IMG/VR virus record: IMGVR_UViG_3300005663_000028
Span: 64,001 to 128,000 of that record
Length of the DNA: 64,000 nt
From: a virus
Strand: one strand, 5' to 3'
In this document: positions 55,764-64,000 of the stretch, one piece after another
How positions within the stretch are numbered: the stretch's first letter is position 1
Layout of the letters: each line of letters opens with the position of its first letter
Program-made: the position numbers and the translations under genes
The notes under the pieces: generated by a model
What the model saw: the letters and a program-made list of their open reading frames with translations, nothing else
Database searches by the model: none
Told to the model about the DNA's origin: nothing

Positions 55764-56288
55764 TTAAACTACCGTCACCACTAATTTTCTAATTGTCTCA
55801 AGTTCTTTCGTTATCAACAGTCGATTGTTGGGCTCCCACCTAACAACTTCTATATCCTGATTTTCTAACATGTCTCTAACAACCGAATTAAGATTATCAA
55901 CCCGAGCATTAGAATACGCTCCTTTTGATGATGTTGTAATCGGTCCATATACTACTCGTTTAATTCCCTTTTGAATGATATGAGCCCAGCAGTGGGTACA
56001 CGGCGGTCCTGTTACATACACAGTAGCCCCATCTAGGTCACCAATAGCATTTAGTATTGCATTTTCTTCTGAGTGTAAAATTGGTGGGTATTTTTCAGGT
56101 CTAGTTTGAGGCATTTTGTCATCATCAACACCCCTTGGGTATCCATTATAACCTTGACCAACAGGACGACCACGTTTATCAACTATTACACATCCACATT
56201 GCGTACTCTCATCTGGACTTCGAACCTTAGCCCAAAGAGCCTGAATCATGAAATAGTCATCAAAACACAATCTACTTCTTAACATCAC
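55764..56288 (-). CDS. dCMP deaminase (ComEB-like)
   Basis: S.D.STQCGCVIV...GYNG.P...HSEENAI...PCTHC. Confidence 0.92.
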   Translation of the reverse strand: MMLRSRLCFDDYFMIQALWAKVRSPDESTQCGCVIVDKRGRPVGQGYNGYPRGVDDDKMPQTRPEKYPPILHSEENAILNAIGDLDGATVYVTGPPCTHCWAHIIQKGIKRVVYGPITTSSKGAYSNARVDNLNSVVRDMLENQDIEVVRWEPNNRLLITKELETIRKLVVTVV

Positions 56289-57327
56289 CTGTCTCCTGTG
56301 GGAGAACTATATCTCTCACTTCGTCTTCTAATTTCTTCAGTTTATCTGGATTCTCAGTCAAAAAATTCGATAACCTAGCAAGCCCCTGAAATTTCGGTGG
56401 ATCGCCGCCATCTGCAAACATCGGAATTGCATACCATGATCCGGCCTTCTCGATTAGTCCAAGGTTCTCTGCTGTCGTAACTATATCCCTGGTAGTGTCT
56501 ATGCCAATTCCATACCTAAGAGGTAATACGCAAGGCAACAGTGGCCTTCCCATCGCAGATGATTGTATTGTTATGTGCATGTCGTGGCCGTCTGGGGCAT
56601 TAGTCTCTGGGTTTTTCTCCCATTGCTTGGTCCAAGTGACCTTTAGCCAAACAGAACAGGCATATTGTATCGCCAACCCACCTTTCTCCATCCACTTTGG
56701 ACCCATGGGTTCCCTGTTGGTCATCATCTGAGATATGAAAATTAAAATTACATCATTAGTATCAACAACTTGCTGAGCCCTTCTGAAAAACGCCGACAAC
56801 AACTTTGCTGGTCCTGCCATATCCTTATTAGAACCAATATCTTCTTCATGTTCTGTCATTGTCGAGAGTGCTGCAATGCTGTCTATTACAACCACGGCCT
56901 TTTTTTGTGTTTTAGCGATGCGTTCTATGATGTTCAAATAGTCTTCTGCCATGAGCGGTTTATCTAGTTGGCTTGGAATTACCTTAAGTTTGGTCGGGTC
57001 AAGTTCCCTAATTGTAGCCAATAGAGATGGGGTACATCGTTTTTCTATATTGATGTAAAATGTGGGACGATTAACCAATTGTGCATTTTTAAGCAATTCA
57101 AGACATAGGGATGTTTTTCCGGACTTTGGCTTGCCTGTTATTAGACAAATTGTTCCATCAGGAATCCCCCCGCTTAATGCCATGTCAAGAGACAATGGGG
57201 TGTGAAGAACATCTCTAGATCGTGGAGCCAGAGCGTCACTCGCTGGAGCAATTATTCCTTCACCATGTATTCTAATAAGAAAAGCATCTAGCGATTCATT
57301 TTCGATCTTCGACTTCTTTTTAGCCAC
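56272..57327 (-). CDS. recA: RecA/UvsX recombinase
   Basis: LDMALSGGIP.G...GKPKSGKT (Walker A)...VVIDSIAAL...GG.A..Y..SV.L...GSWY. Confidence 0.92.
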   Translation of the reverse strand: MAKKKSKIENESLDAFLIRIHGEGIIAPASDALAPRSRDVLHTPLSLDMALSGGIPDGTICLITGKPKSGKTSLCLELLKNAQLVNRPTFYINIEKRCTPSLLATIRELDPTKLKVIPSQLDKPLMAEDYLNIIERIAKTQKKAVVVIDSIAALSTMTEHEEDIGSNKDMAGPAKLLSAFFRRAQQVVDTNDVILIFISQMMTNREPMGPKWMEKGGLAIQYACSVWLKVTWTKQWEKNPETNAPDGHDMHITIQSSAMGRPLLPCVLPLRYGIGIDTTRDIVTTAENLGLIEKAGSWYAIPMFADGGDPPKFQGLARLSNFLTENPDKLKKLEDEVRDIVLPQETGDVKK

Positions 57328-57790
57328 CCTCTATTTCCCTTATCTTTGCCAGTACACCCTTTTTACCCGTATCAACAAATGTTGAATTCCTTTTGGAATC
57401 AATTTCTTTTACGGAGGGTTTTGCACTAAGTTCAGTTCTTTTCTTTTGCAATTCAGCTTTTCTAGCAACAATACACCTAGTTACTTTTTGCACAGTAGTT
57501 TTGTATGATAGTGATTTTATGTTATGCTCTTTAATTATTTGAGTAAAAGCTGTTTGAGTAAGCGGGTCTTTATTTCCAACACTCTTAAGAACATTAGACA
57601 CACCCTTAACTTCGCGTCCGAATTTTGGACCCCAGTATTTTTTGTCACTCCAGAATCTTGGACCTATCTTACTGTTTACATTTAGACAAATCAACTCTAT
57701 AATATAAGCTTGAAAGGTGACATATAACCCAGGTGTTGTCGGTGACTTAAATGGAAACTTTTCACTCTGTGGTTGATGTCGTATTGCCAT
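57320..57790 (-). CDS. Hypothetical protein
   Basis: 156 aa, coupled to recA. Confidence 0.65.
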   Translation of the reverse strand: MAIRHQPQSEKFPFKSPTTPGLYVTFQAYIIELICLNVNSKIGPRFWSDKKYWGPKFGREVKGVSNVLKSVGNKDPLTQTAFTQIIKEHNIKSLSYKTTVQKVTRCIVARKAELQKKRTELSAKPSVKEIDSKRNSTFVDTGKKGVLAKIREIEGG

Positions 57791-58227
57791 TATGTATTCT
57801 TTATTAAAAAGAAACCAGCTTCTATCACAGTCTTTTCTTCTGCAAACGCCTGATCGAATTTTGGTTGTCTATACCACGATACATTAACCTTTTGTCCGTC
57901 ATAATAGCCAATACCACAATCATTGTATTGAGGACCGTTCCAAACACCACGGTGCTTGTTTCCAAAGAAATACCCCTTTTGGTTCGGAGGCATTTTTATA
58001 TCCACACCATTCGGTCCCTGAAGTCTCATTTCAGTTATCGAAATACCTGGATTAACCTTTAGCCAATCGGCAAGTCTTGCCCATGCATGTCGAATATTTT
58101 CCTTTCTATCATCCTGAATAACAGTTCTTCCATCAGACAGTGATGCCAAAAATCTCACCACCGGTGTTTTTTTTGTTACTTCAAACGCTAATGTCTGGTC
58201 ATTGACTGTTTCTGTTTTATTCTCCAT
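57790..58227 (-). CDS. Hypothetical protein
   Basis: Start placed at ATG 58227 (MENKTE), overlapping the upstream stop. Confidence 0.6.
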   Translation of the reverse strand: MENKTETVNDQTLAFEVTKKTPVVRFLASLSDGRTVIQDDRKENIRHAWARLADWLKVNPGISITEMRLQGPNGVDIKMPPNQKGYFFGNKHRGVWNGPQYNDCGIGYYDGQKVNVSWYRQPKFDQAFAEEKTVIEAGFFLIKNT

Positions 58228-58579
58228 CTTGATCCTTTCCACTAAAAGGAGAGCGACCCAACTGCTCATCCGCCCTTTGAGATTCACTCGGAGTCATAGC
58301 ATGAACACCTTTACCGGCATTCAGTGCAATTGCTTTGTTCTTAGGTTTAAGGCAAACGAGACGGTCATCCATATGATTAGGCTTTGATTTCTTTTTCTTA
58401 TCCTTTTTGGGTTTTTCTGTTTGTTCGGACATATCTTCTTGGCTAGATAAAAAACTATCAAGAATAGCAGATATATCGCTCAGAAAAACCTGTCGTGTTT
58501 TCGTCGTTTTCCGACCTAGATTCACCGTCGAATCTTCTAGAAACCTTAAAAGCTTTGCCTTAAATTTACTTGCTGTCAT
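58217..58579 (-). CDS. Hypothetical basic protein
   Basis: AAGGAGG RBS. Confidence 0.6.
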   Translation of the reverse strand: MTASKFKAKLLRFLEDSTVNLGRKTTKTRQVFLSDISAILDSFLSSQEDMSEQTEKPKKDKKKKSKPNHMDDRLVCLKPKNKAIALNAGKGVHAMTPSESQRADEQLGRSPFSGKDQDGE

Positions 58580-58874
58580 TACGAAACCTCCTTTGTGCTA
58601 CAATATACGATGTTCTATTTTTACTTCGCAAAAATGTCGTATACTGCTGATAACACTCCTGACTACACGCTATTAATTTCCAAAACATACCACCACGTTC
58701 TTTGTCTTTCTTGTGTACATTGTTGCTAGAGTTCAGTGGGTCAAACAAGTCCCCCTCACCAGACGCTAACACAAAAAATCTATTATCCAACCACTTAGCA
58801 AAAACCTTAAAATCCACAACCACTCCATCGGTTTTGTGGGGTGTTCCATTTATGTCAACAGTAATTAAATTCAT
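58566..58874 (-). CDS. Hypothetical protein
   Basis: 102 aa, coupled. Confidence 0.6.
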   Translation of the reverse strand: MNLITVDINGTPHKTDGVVVDFKVFAKWLDNRFFVLASGEGDLFDPLNSSNNVHKKDKERGGMFWKLIACSQECYQQYTTFLRSKNRTSYIVAQRRFRNDSK

Positions 58875-59209
58875 TTTTTAACCCACGTCTTAAAAAGAAA
58901 GTCTGCTTCTGGAGCCCCGGTGGTATCGTTCTCAATATCGAATCCAATCTGATCGTTGGGAGCACCAGGATAAAACTGTCCAGCAACTTGTTCCACATAA
59001 GAATATCCAGAACAAAATCCACACTTAGCAACCACTCTTGTAAGCACTTGTGATTGAGGTTGAGGTTCTTTACTAATACTGGTTAGCTGTAAACACAATA
59101 GTTTTTCCCCACAGTCTGCACAACAAAGAGTGACAATACCTCTGTCTACCAAACCCTTGAGTTGGCGTTCTTGCTGTTTTCCAATTTCGAGTTTCTTTTT
59201 TTCCATCAA
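58871..59209 (-). CDS. Zinc-finger hypothetical protein
   Basis: CADC...CGFC. Confidence 0.6.
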   Translation of the reverse strand: MMEKKKLEIGKQQERQLKGLVDRGIVTLCCADCGEKLLCLQLTSISKEPQPQSQVLTRVVAKCGFCSGYSYVEQVAGQFYPGAPNDQIGFDIENDTTGAPEADFLFKTWVKK

Positions 59210-59517
59210 TCTATCGTTCCTTCCCTAATGTATTTTTCCGGATTCTTGAGTATTCTTTTGTCTACTTTACCATCTCGCCACCACGGTTGCTCTGCCTTAA
59301 ACTTACCCTCTCCAAGCTTATCCTTCTTAGGCAAAACTCGCCCCCCAGTACACTTATTCTTTGTTCCTTCAATGATTGGCGACAAACCCATACCAATCAG
59401 TTTAATCAACTTTGGTCGACCACACCTAGGGCAATCAACAAGAGGCTCTGAAGACATCGAATGAAACGCCTCAAATCCATGATCACACTCACCGCATTCA
59501 TACTCATATGTCGGCAT
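59206..59517 (-). CDS. FmdB-family zinc-ribbon protein
   Basis: MPTYEYECGECDHGFE..HSMS..P...CPRCG. Confidence 0.9.
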   Translation of the reverse strand: MPTYEYECGECDHGFEAFHSMSSEPLVDCPRCGRPKLIKLIGMGLSPIIEGTKNKCTGGRVLPKKDKLGEGKFKAEQPWWRDGKVDKRILKNPEKYIREGTID

Positions 59518-59819
59518 TAATCATTCCTAGTTGTTGATAATACTTTCACCGAATCCGGAGGAATTTCTTTAATGTTCTCCATGGGATCAGGCTCTTGACT
59601 TAGGGTGTCAAAATGTGCAAGAACTTTTTCTCTATCACATTCATCAACACCAAACAATAATTGTTCTTTTAATCTTTGCGCCTTTTGCTCTTCTGTCGGT
59701 TTCAAGTTTAGAAGATCACCCAGTCCTTGCGCATCTTCCTTCAAATCCCAAACACAGAAGTTCTGAAAAGTTCTACGAATCCACCTACAAAAACGTGCTA
59801 CTAATCTTTTTAATACCAT
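59517..59819 (-). CDS. Hypothetical protein
   Basis: 100 aa, coupled. Confidence 0.55.
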   Translation of the reverse strand: MVLKRLVARFCRWIRRTFQNFCVWDLKEDAQGLGDLLNLKPTEEQKAQRLKEQLLFGVDECDREKVLAHFDTLSQEPDPMENIKEIPPDSVKVLSTTRND

Positions 59820-59825
59820 AATTTC

Positions 59826-60041
59826 TTATCCCATGTTGATATTAACCTGAATCATATCTTTAACCTGTTCGGCATCACCGTTCATACTGAATTCTTTTAG
59901 AAAAAGAACTATATCCCCAAGAGTCGCTTTATCAAGATAAACATTGTGAAGACGCTGCATATTGGTTGATCTTATTTTTTTCTCAACTTCCCGTTGAGTT
60001 TCTGATTGTTCACAAACAGACATTGTATTGGTTACTGTCAT
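59826..60041 (-). CDS. Hypothetical protein
   Basis: 71 aa, GGGGA RBS. Confidence 0.55.
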   Translation of the reverse strand: MTVTNTMSVCEQSETQREVEKKIRSTNMQRLHNVYLDKATLGDIVLFLKEFSMNGDAEQVKDMIQVNINMG

Positions 60042-60094
60042 TCTGTTCCCCTTTTTTGTTTTTCTTACGATAACGGGTATACCCCGTTATCTTA

Positions 60095-60664
60095 CTATAC
60101 CTCTAACTCCTTTTTTTGCCCCACAAATGTCCCTCTTTTTCTTGCAAAATGTCCTAAATTTTTCCGATCCTTCTCACAATAATCACCCAGAGCAACACAT
60201 TTTTTCAATTCCCCCTTGATTTTCGACACAGTGTCCGGAGAATCTTTTCCCACATCTTTAATCGCACCGGTCAGCATTGACAACATGTTACCCCGTTTCA
60301 TAAACGCCCGGACCAACAAAAGACCCGCTCCAAGAAAAATTACAGCCATGATAGATGTTCCTATGACTACGGCTCCAGCACCACTATAATTGATAGTCTC
60401 CGCCTGTATGCTTTTCCTCCAGACGGATAATTCTTCGGCGATTTGAGTCGTTTGTTCTATTCGATTGTTGACCTCCCCTATCTGATCTGCAACGACGGTA
60501 TTATCGGCCTTTTGGTCAACGATTTTTTCAAGGACACCCATATCATTACGAATCCCCTGTATATCTGTCTTGACTGCCTCTGGAGAGACGCAGGATAGCA
60601 AGACACAAAATAGAATAGTAAAGACTACAGCACCGACGCTTACTTTTTTCGTTTCTTTGGACAT
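60095..60664 (-). CDS. Membrane/lipoprotein with coiled coil and second hydrophobic helix
   Basis: Start placed at ATG 60664; VLLSC lipobox-like motif; AGAVVIGTSIMAVIFLGAGLLLV transmembrane helix. Confidence 0.6.
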   Translation of the reverse strand: MSKETKKVSVGAVVFTILFCVLLSCVSPEAVKTDIQGIRNDMGVLEKIVDQKADNTVVADQIGEVNNRIEQTTQIAEELSVWRKSIQAETINYSGAGAVVIGTSIMAVIFLGAGLLLVRAFMKRGNMLSMLTGAIKDVGKDSPDTVSKIKGELKKCVALGDYCEKDRKNLGHFARKRGTFVGQKKELEV

Positions 60665-61089
60665 TTTTGTTTCCTCTTTTCGAATACTGCATTGACTAGA
60701 GCATCCGCACGCTTGTTCTGGTTTCGTGGCACCCACTTAATTGTGTAATCTTCAAAGTGATCCAATAGTTTCAACACGTGATCTCTATGATCTATTAATT
60801 CTTGTTTCTTGGCCTTAAACGCTCCAGTAACTTGCTTAATGATTAACTGCGAGTCACCGATTATATAGATGATATCTACTCCAGCTTTGAGAGCACCTTG
60901 TAGGCCAGCAATCAAGGCTCTATACTCAGCCAAATTTGATGTACCTGTCCCACAGGTTCTACTTCCAGATGCAAAAACTTCGGTTTCATCTTCTGGATTG
61001 CAGATATACCAACCATATGCCATCTGACCCTGTCGAATACCCCCATCGAAATAGAGTGTGGCACAGAATTCATTCATAAAGTTCCCCAT
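60640..61089 (-). CDS. Ribonuclease HI family protein
   Basis: LYFDGG...SNLAEYRALIAGL...IGDSQLII.QV.G...WVPR.QN..ADAL.N. Confidence 0.92.
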   Translation of the reverse strand: MGNFMNEFCATLYFDGGIRQGQMAYGWYICNPEDETEVFASGSRTCGTGTSNLAEYRALIAGLQGALKAGVDIIYIIGDSQLIIKQVTGAFKAKKQELIDHRDHVLKLLDHFEDYTIKWVPRNQNKRADALVNAVFEKRKQKCPKKRKK

Positions 61090-61292
61090 CTAATAACTTC
61101 CCCAGTAGAGTGATCAATAGGTTTTCCGAGAACGTGTGCTGCCCATTCCCGCTCCTCCCTGGTATATTGTTGACGTTCGCACTTTGTCCCTCTTCCCGCA
61201 CAAATTTTTTCAGCCATATCCAAAATAAATGTTCGTCCAAAAACAGGACAGTTCATCAACCCAAGATTAAATGTGTCGTCAGTGACTTTCAA
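61074..61292 (-). CDS. Hypothetical protein
   Basis: 72 aa, coupled on both sides. Confidence 0.55.
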   Translation of the reverse strand: MKVTDDTFNLGLMNCPVFGRTFILDMAEKICAGRGTKCERQQYTREEREWAAHVLGKPIDHSTGEVIRWGTL

Positions 61293-62245
61293 AACGGTGT
61301 CTCCCCATCTTCAATTTCAGTTATCGGACCTGAGCACATATCGCGCATAAAGCATTTTTTACACGCATATTCATTATCCGTCTTGGGGAAAAAGTCGGGG
61401 TTGTCTCTATTTTCGAAAGCCTTCTTAAGCATTGGGGATTCATTCCGAATTATACCAGCCTGTCGCTTCATGTGCTGCATCGTTACTTCTAGATGTGGAG
61501 CGGCCTGTTCTCCCAATTCTGCAAACGCTGCGAGATACACTGGGATAATCACAATATCTTCTGGCTTCTTGGCCCATTTCTGCTTTAAAGCATAAATCCC
61601 ATAAGTAACCAACTGGTCTATCACTGAGTCAGACACTTTACCAGTCTTCCAGTCCAGGAGATAAACTTTACCTTTATACCTAAATCCACAGTCGATCTTA
61701 AGCGTTACCTCCTCTCCCGTGTCTAGCTGAAACTTCTGGAAATCCTCTAATGTCAACCAATCTTCGTTTTTCAGACCCTTAAGAACCTCGAATAGAGGCA
61801 TCTCATAAAAAGCCTTGAGTGATTTTAAAACCTTCTGCTTACATCGATCGGTAGTATCCTTATCGATATCCTCTTGATAAAAATGTTCTGAGAGGTTAAT
61901 ATTTCCCTTTGGCCTCCCCTGCCACCTCTTATCGATGCTTTGCTTCCAGCCCTTTCTGAGAGCTTGAATGCCACCCTTTTGTGCTTGCTCTAAATTTATC
62001 CACTCTCCAGTGGCCCGACCAGTTGTGATGATTTCTTCTATGATATTATGCACCACTGAGCCCGTCCACATCGCAAAATTCGTCATCTGTTTGAGCATAT
62101 AGGCGCGCCTTTTTTCTTGAGGAGCTTGTGATTCCCAACCTTTCCAGGCAGTATTATACATTAAATTATACTTCCACATACACTCTCGCATACACTGAAC
62201 ACGAGAATTCGACCACGCATAAGATTGCTCGAATATTTTACCCAT
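61289..62245 (-). CDS. Second Cas4-like PD-(D/E)XK nuclease
   Basis: WS.SR...EC..KY...G..VH...KIDCG...LDWKTG...QL..Y...CKKC...C. Confidence 0.88.
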   Translation of the reverse strand: MGKIFEQSYAWSNSRVQCMRECMWKYNLMYNTAWKGWESQAPQEKRRAYMLKQMTNFAMWTGSVVHNIIEEIITTGRATGEWINLEQAQKGGIQALRKGWKQSIDKRWQGRPKGNINLSEHFYQEDIDKDTTDRCKQKVLKSLKAFYEMPLFEVLKGLKNEDWLTLEDFQKFQLDTGEEVTLKIDCGFRYKGKVYLLDWKTGKVSDSVIDQLVTYGIYALKQKWAKKPEDIVIIPVYLAAFAELGEQAAPHLEVTMQHMKRQAGIIRNESPMLKKAFENRDNPDFFPKTDNEYACKKCFMRDMCSGPITEIEDGETPF

Positions 62246-62888
62246 TGATTTTTCCTTTCCTTGTTCTTACCGGTGTCGTTAAAGCTTTTTCTATTGTCCA
62301 TTTACGTCTTAATCTCGTAAAAAGTGTACTAGGTTTAATATCAACTTCTTCGGCCCAAGCTGCAATGCATTGTGTTTTCCCAAAACAAGTAATTAAACGA
62401 TTGTTTCGCTTATTTCTCATTTGTTCTTTTTTAGTTGCCCATCGACAGTTGGATTTATAGTATCCTTTATCATTATTAATTCTGTCAATCTGAAGCCCCT
62501 TTGGGGCTTCACCCATATCTTTGAGAAAATTTTCAAATTTTCTCCATCGCTTGCAGACTGTAATTCCTCGACCACCGTAATCTTTCCATTGTTTATTATT
62601 CGGATTATTACATCTTTGAATCATATCCTGCCATATTTGAAAAATACGAGTTACTTTATTTTTTCTTGCGTGTCCGTGTTGAGTAAATCTTTTTATAGAT
62701 TCTTCTTTTCGCCAACATCCACAACTTTGAGTATGACAATTCTTAAGACTCCCAGCCCGTGCAGTAATCTTATTTCCACAATCACATATACATAGCCACT
62801 GAATATTATTGTGTTTATCCTTGCCGTCCACACGAATAATAATCAATCTCCCGAACCTCTTCCCAGTTAAATCAATAAACTTACCCAC
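62238..62888 (-). CDS. HNH homing endonuclease
   Basis: IDLTGKRFGRL...W.C.CDCG...SCGC...YGGRGI.VC..W..FENF..DMG..P.G..IDRINND.GY...NCRWAT; GTG start at 62888. Confidence 0.92.
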   Translation of the reverse strand: MGKFIDLTGKRFGRLIIIRVDGKDKHNNIQWLCICDCGNKITARAGSLKNCHTQSCGCWRKEESIKRFTQHGHARKNKVTRIFQIWQDMIQRCNNPNNKQWKDYGGRGITVCKRWRKFENFLKDMGEAPKGLQIDRINNDKGYYKSNCRWATKKEQMRNKRNNRLITCFGKTQCIAAWAEEVDIKPSTLFTRLRRKWTIEKALTTPVRTRKGKING

Positions 62889-63435
62889 TTTTCCACTCTT
62901 CTCCTTCATCATCCTCATCGTCACAATCATTCTCATTCTCATCCTCATCCTCACCATATTTATCCAACCACATCCCGACTCCTTCCAGGACTCCTTCTCC
63001 TATTATGGAAATACCCATCGCTTGCATGAATAGATTCTCAGAATCATAAATCAGTTTCAGGATAGGTTCGTCGTCAATTACAATGGATGTCAAAGAAAAC
63101 TCGAAAATAAAGTAGATAATTTTTAACACTTCAGATGACAATGATTGTCGAGCAGCCATTTCGTCTAATAGATGGCGTAACGATTTTTGGCAATTATCTT
63201 TGAATTCGATGTCTTGTTGATCGATTTCCAAAAATTCTTCTGCAACAGCCTCAATTACCTTGACAACCTTTCTGGATTCCCAGCGAAGGACATAAACAGT
63301 TGTCATTGCAGACTTCATTTTGATTTTTTCAAATCCCTCAATAATGTCTTTATGTTCCTGATCATTTTCAGGTGCGAGCATTTTGACATTATGTTCTTCA
63401 ACAACCTTCACTTTTCTTCTCCTTAATAATCTCAT
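62881..63435 (-). CDS. Hypothetical protein with acidic C-terminus
   Basis: 184 aa, starts MRLL inside repeat copy 1. Confidence 0.6.
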   Translation of the reverse strand: MRLLRRRKVKVVEEHNVKMLAPENDQEHKDIIEGFEKIKMKSAMTTVYVLRWESRKVVKVIEAVAEEFLEIDQQDIEFKDNCQKSLRHLLDEMAARQSLSSEVLKIIYFIFEFSLTSIVIDDEPILKLIYDSENLFMQAMGISIIGEGVLEGVGMWLDKYGEDEDENENDCDDEDDEGEEWKSG

Positions 63436-63465
63436 TACCGTCCACTAACAACGATCACAATCAAT
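63423..63465. repeat. 43-bp direct repeat, copy 1 (copy 2 at 63823..63865)
   Basis: TTAATAATCTCATTACCG[T/C]CC[A/C]CTAACAACGATC[A/G]CAATC[A/G]AT; 4 mismatches; copies 400 bp apart. Confidence 0.9.
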
Positions 63466-63835
63466 CTTTCACACAATCACAATCAATATCCCGATTTAGC
63501 ATAGGAACTCGTCCTGTTCCATGACAGTCCAGACACCTTGTGTTTGGCAATTGACTAAACCAATCGATAAATGACTTAATAGTACCTTGATCCACAATAA
63601 AAAGATACCCACTTAAAAATACCTCAAAATAATCTCTATTATCTTTTAGTGCGGACTGTAATTCATCACAAAAGACCTTGTGTTGTTTAATTGGACGAGT
63701 AAGTGAGTGTATGGGTTCGATATTGGGAGGGTGTGTGATTTCTGTAAGAATACCTTGATCACAATATGTATAAGTTATTGTAGTTTGTCCTGTACTGATC
63801 AACATTGAGTTATTAGAATCTTTTAATAATCTCAT
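63461..63835 (-). CDS. Hypothetical protein with C-terminal DnaJ-type CxxCxGxG finger
   Basis: CLDCHGTG...IDCDC; starts MRLL inside repeat copy 2. Confidence 0.6.
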   Translation of the reverse strand: MRLLKDSNNSMLISTGQTTITYTYCDQGILTEITHPPNIEPIHSLTRPIKQHKVFCDELQSALKDNRDYFEVFLSGYLFIVDQGTIKSFIDWFSQLPNTRCLDCHGTGRVPMLNRDIDCDCVKD

Positions 63836-63865
63836 TACCGCCCCCTAACAACGATCGCAATCGAT
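63823..63865. repeat. 43-bp direct repeat, copy 2
   Basis: See copy 1 at 63423. Confidence 0.9.
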
Positions 63866-64000
63866 AGTTTTGGAAACACGTCTATTTTCACCACAAGTAG
63901 CTTGAGCACATGAAGCATCGTTATCTCGAACCCTAACTTTCCCTGTTCCATTACACTTTAAGCAAGTAGCCATTCGGACCATTGCGACACAATTACCACA
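63845..64000 (-). CDS. DnaJ-type zinc-finger protein, possibly truncated by window edge (not in ORF track)
   Basis: ...MVRMATCFKCNGTGKVRV...TIDCDRC*. Confidence 0.55.
   Translation of the reverse strand, partial: CGNCVAMVRMATCLKCNGTGKVRVRDNDASCAQATCGENRRVSKTIDCDRC

Noticed and set aside
61110-61595. 161-aa plus-strand ORF, and similar antisense ORFs such as 19877..20335, 27433..27786, 12301..12741
   Set aside because: Antisense shadows of well-supported genes, with no recognisable motifs or RBS.
62889-62957. MVRMRMRMRMIVTMRMMK N-terminus of the HNH ORF as a repeat protein
   Set aside because: It is the alternative frame of the upstream gene's acidic GAT/GAG-rich tail; the real start is GTG 62888.
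63845-63847. TAG read-through or stop-codon recoding (CDRC-TAG-G looks like an interrupted CxxCxG)
   Set aside because: Many well-formed genes end in TAG followed directly by the next gene or signal (e.g. 1897, 23544, 24196), and long genes are not broken by in-frame TAG or TGA, so code 11 fits.
63423-63865. CRISPR array
   Set aside because: Only two copies, 400 bp apart, overlapping coding boundaries; no cas1/cas2. The Cas4-like genes are solo nucleases.

Overview
64 kb fragment of a large tailed dsDNA bacteriophage genome (AT-rich, genetic code 11, dense gene packing). It has two blocks that converge at ~26.5 kb. PLUS strand, 1-8.0 kb: accessory region with four canonical tRNAs (Thr-UGU, Pro-UGG, Ala-UGC, Gln-UUG), one malformed tRNA-like gene, a saccharopine-dehydrogenase-family enzyme, an HNH nuclease and a DUF4326-SLOG fusion. 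Interleaved with the tRNAs are tiny orphan proteins that look like type II antitoxin toxin-binding modules stripped of their DNA-binding domains (TacA/DUF1778-like, HigA-like, possibly DUF2442-like). PLUS strand, 8.1-26.5 kb: tail morphogenesis module (1438-aa tape measure, tail-tip proteins, two paralogous structural proteins, HNH insertions), marked by a recurrent TGGTGTATAA promoter-like motif. MINUS strand, 26.5-64 kb: replication/recombination genes (SSB, sigma factor, DnaE, DnaG, DnaB, RecA, RNase H, dCMP deaminase, two Cas4-like nucleases, dATP/dGTP diphosphohydrolase-like) plus two glycosyltransferase/methyltransferase clusters. One cluster (~9.7 kb) lies between the two halves of an intein-free split dnaE. 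All family assignments come from motif recognition by eye; no database searches were run.
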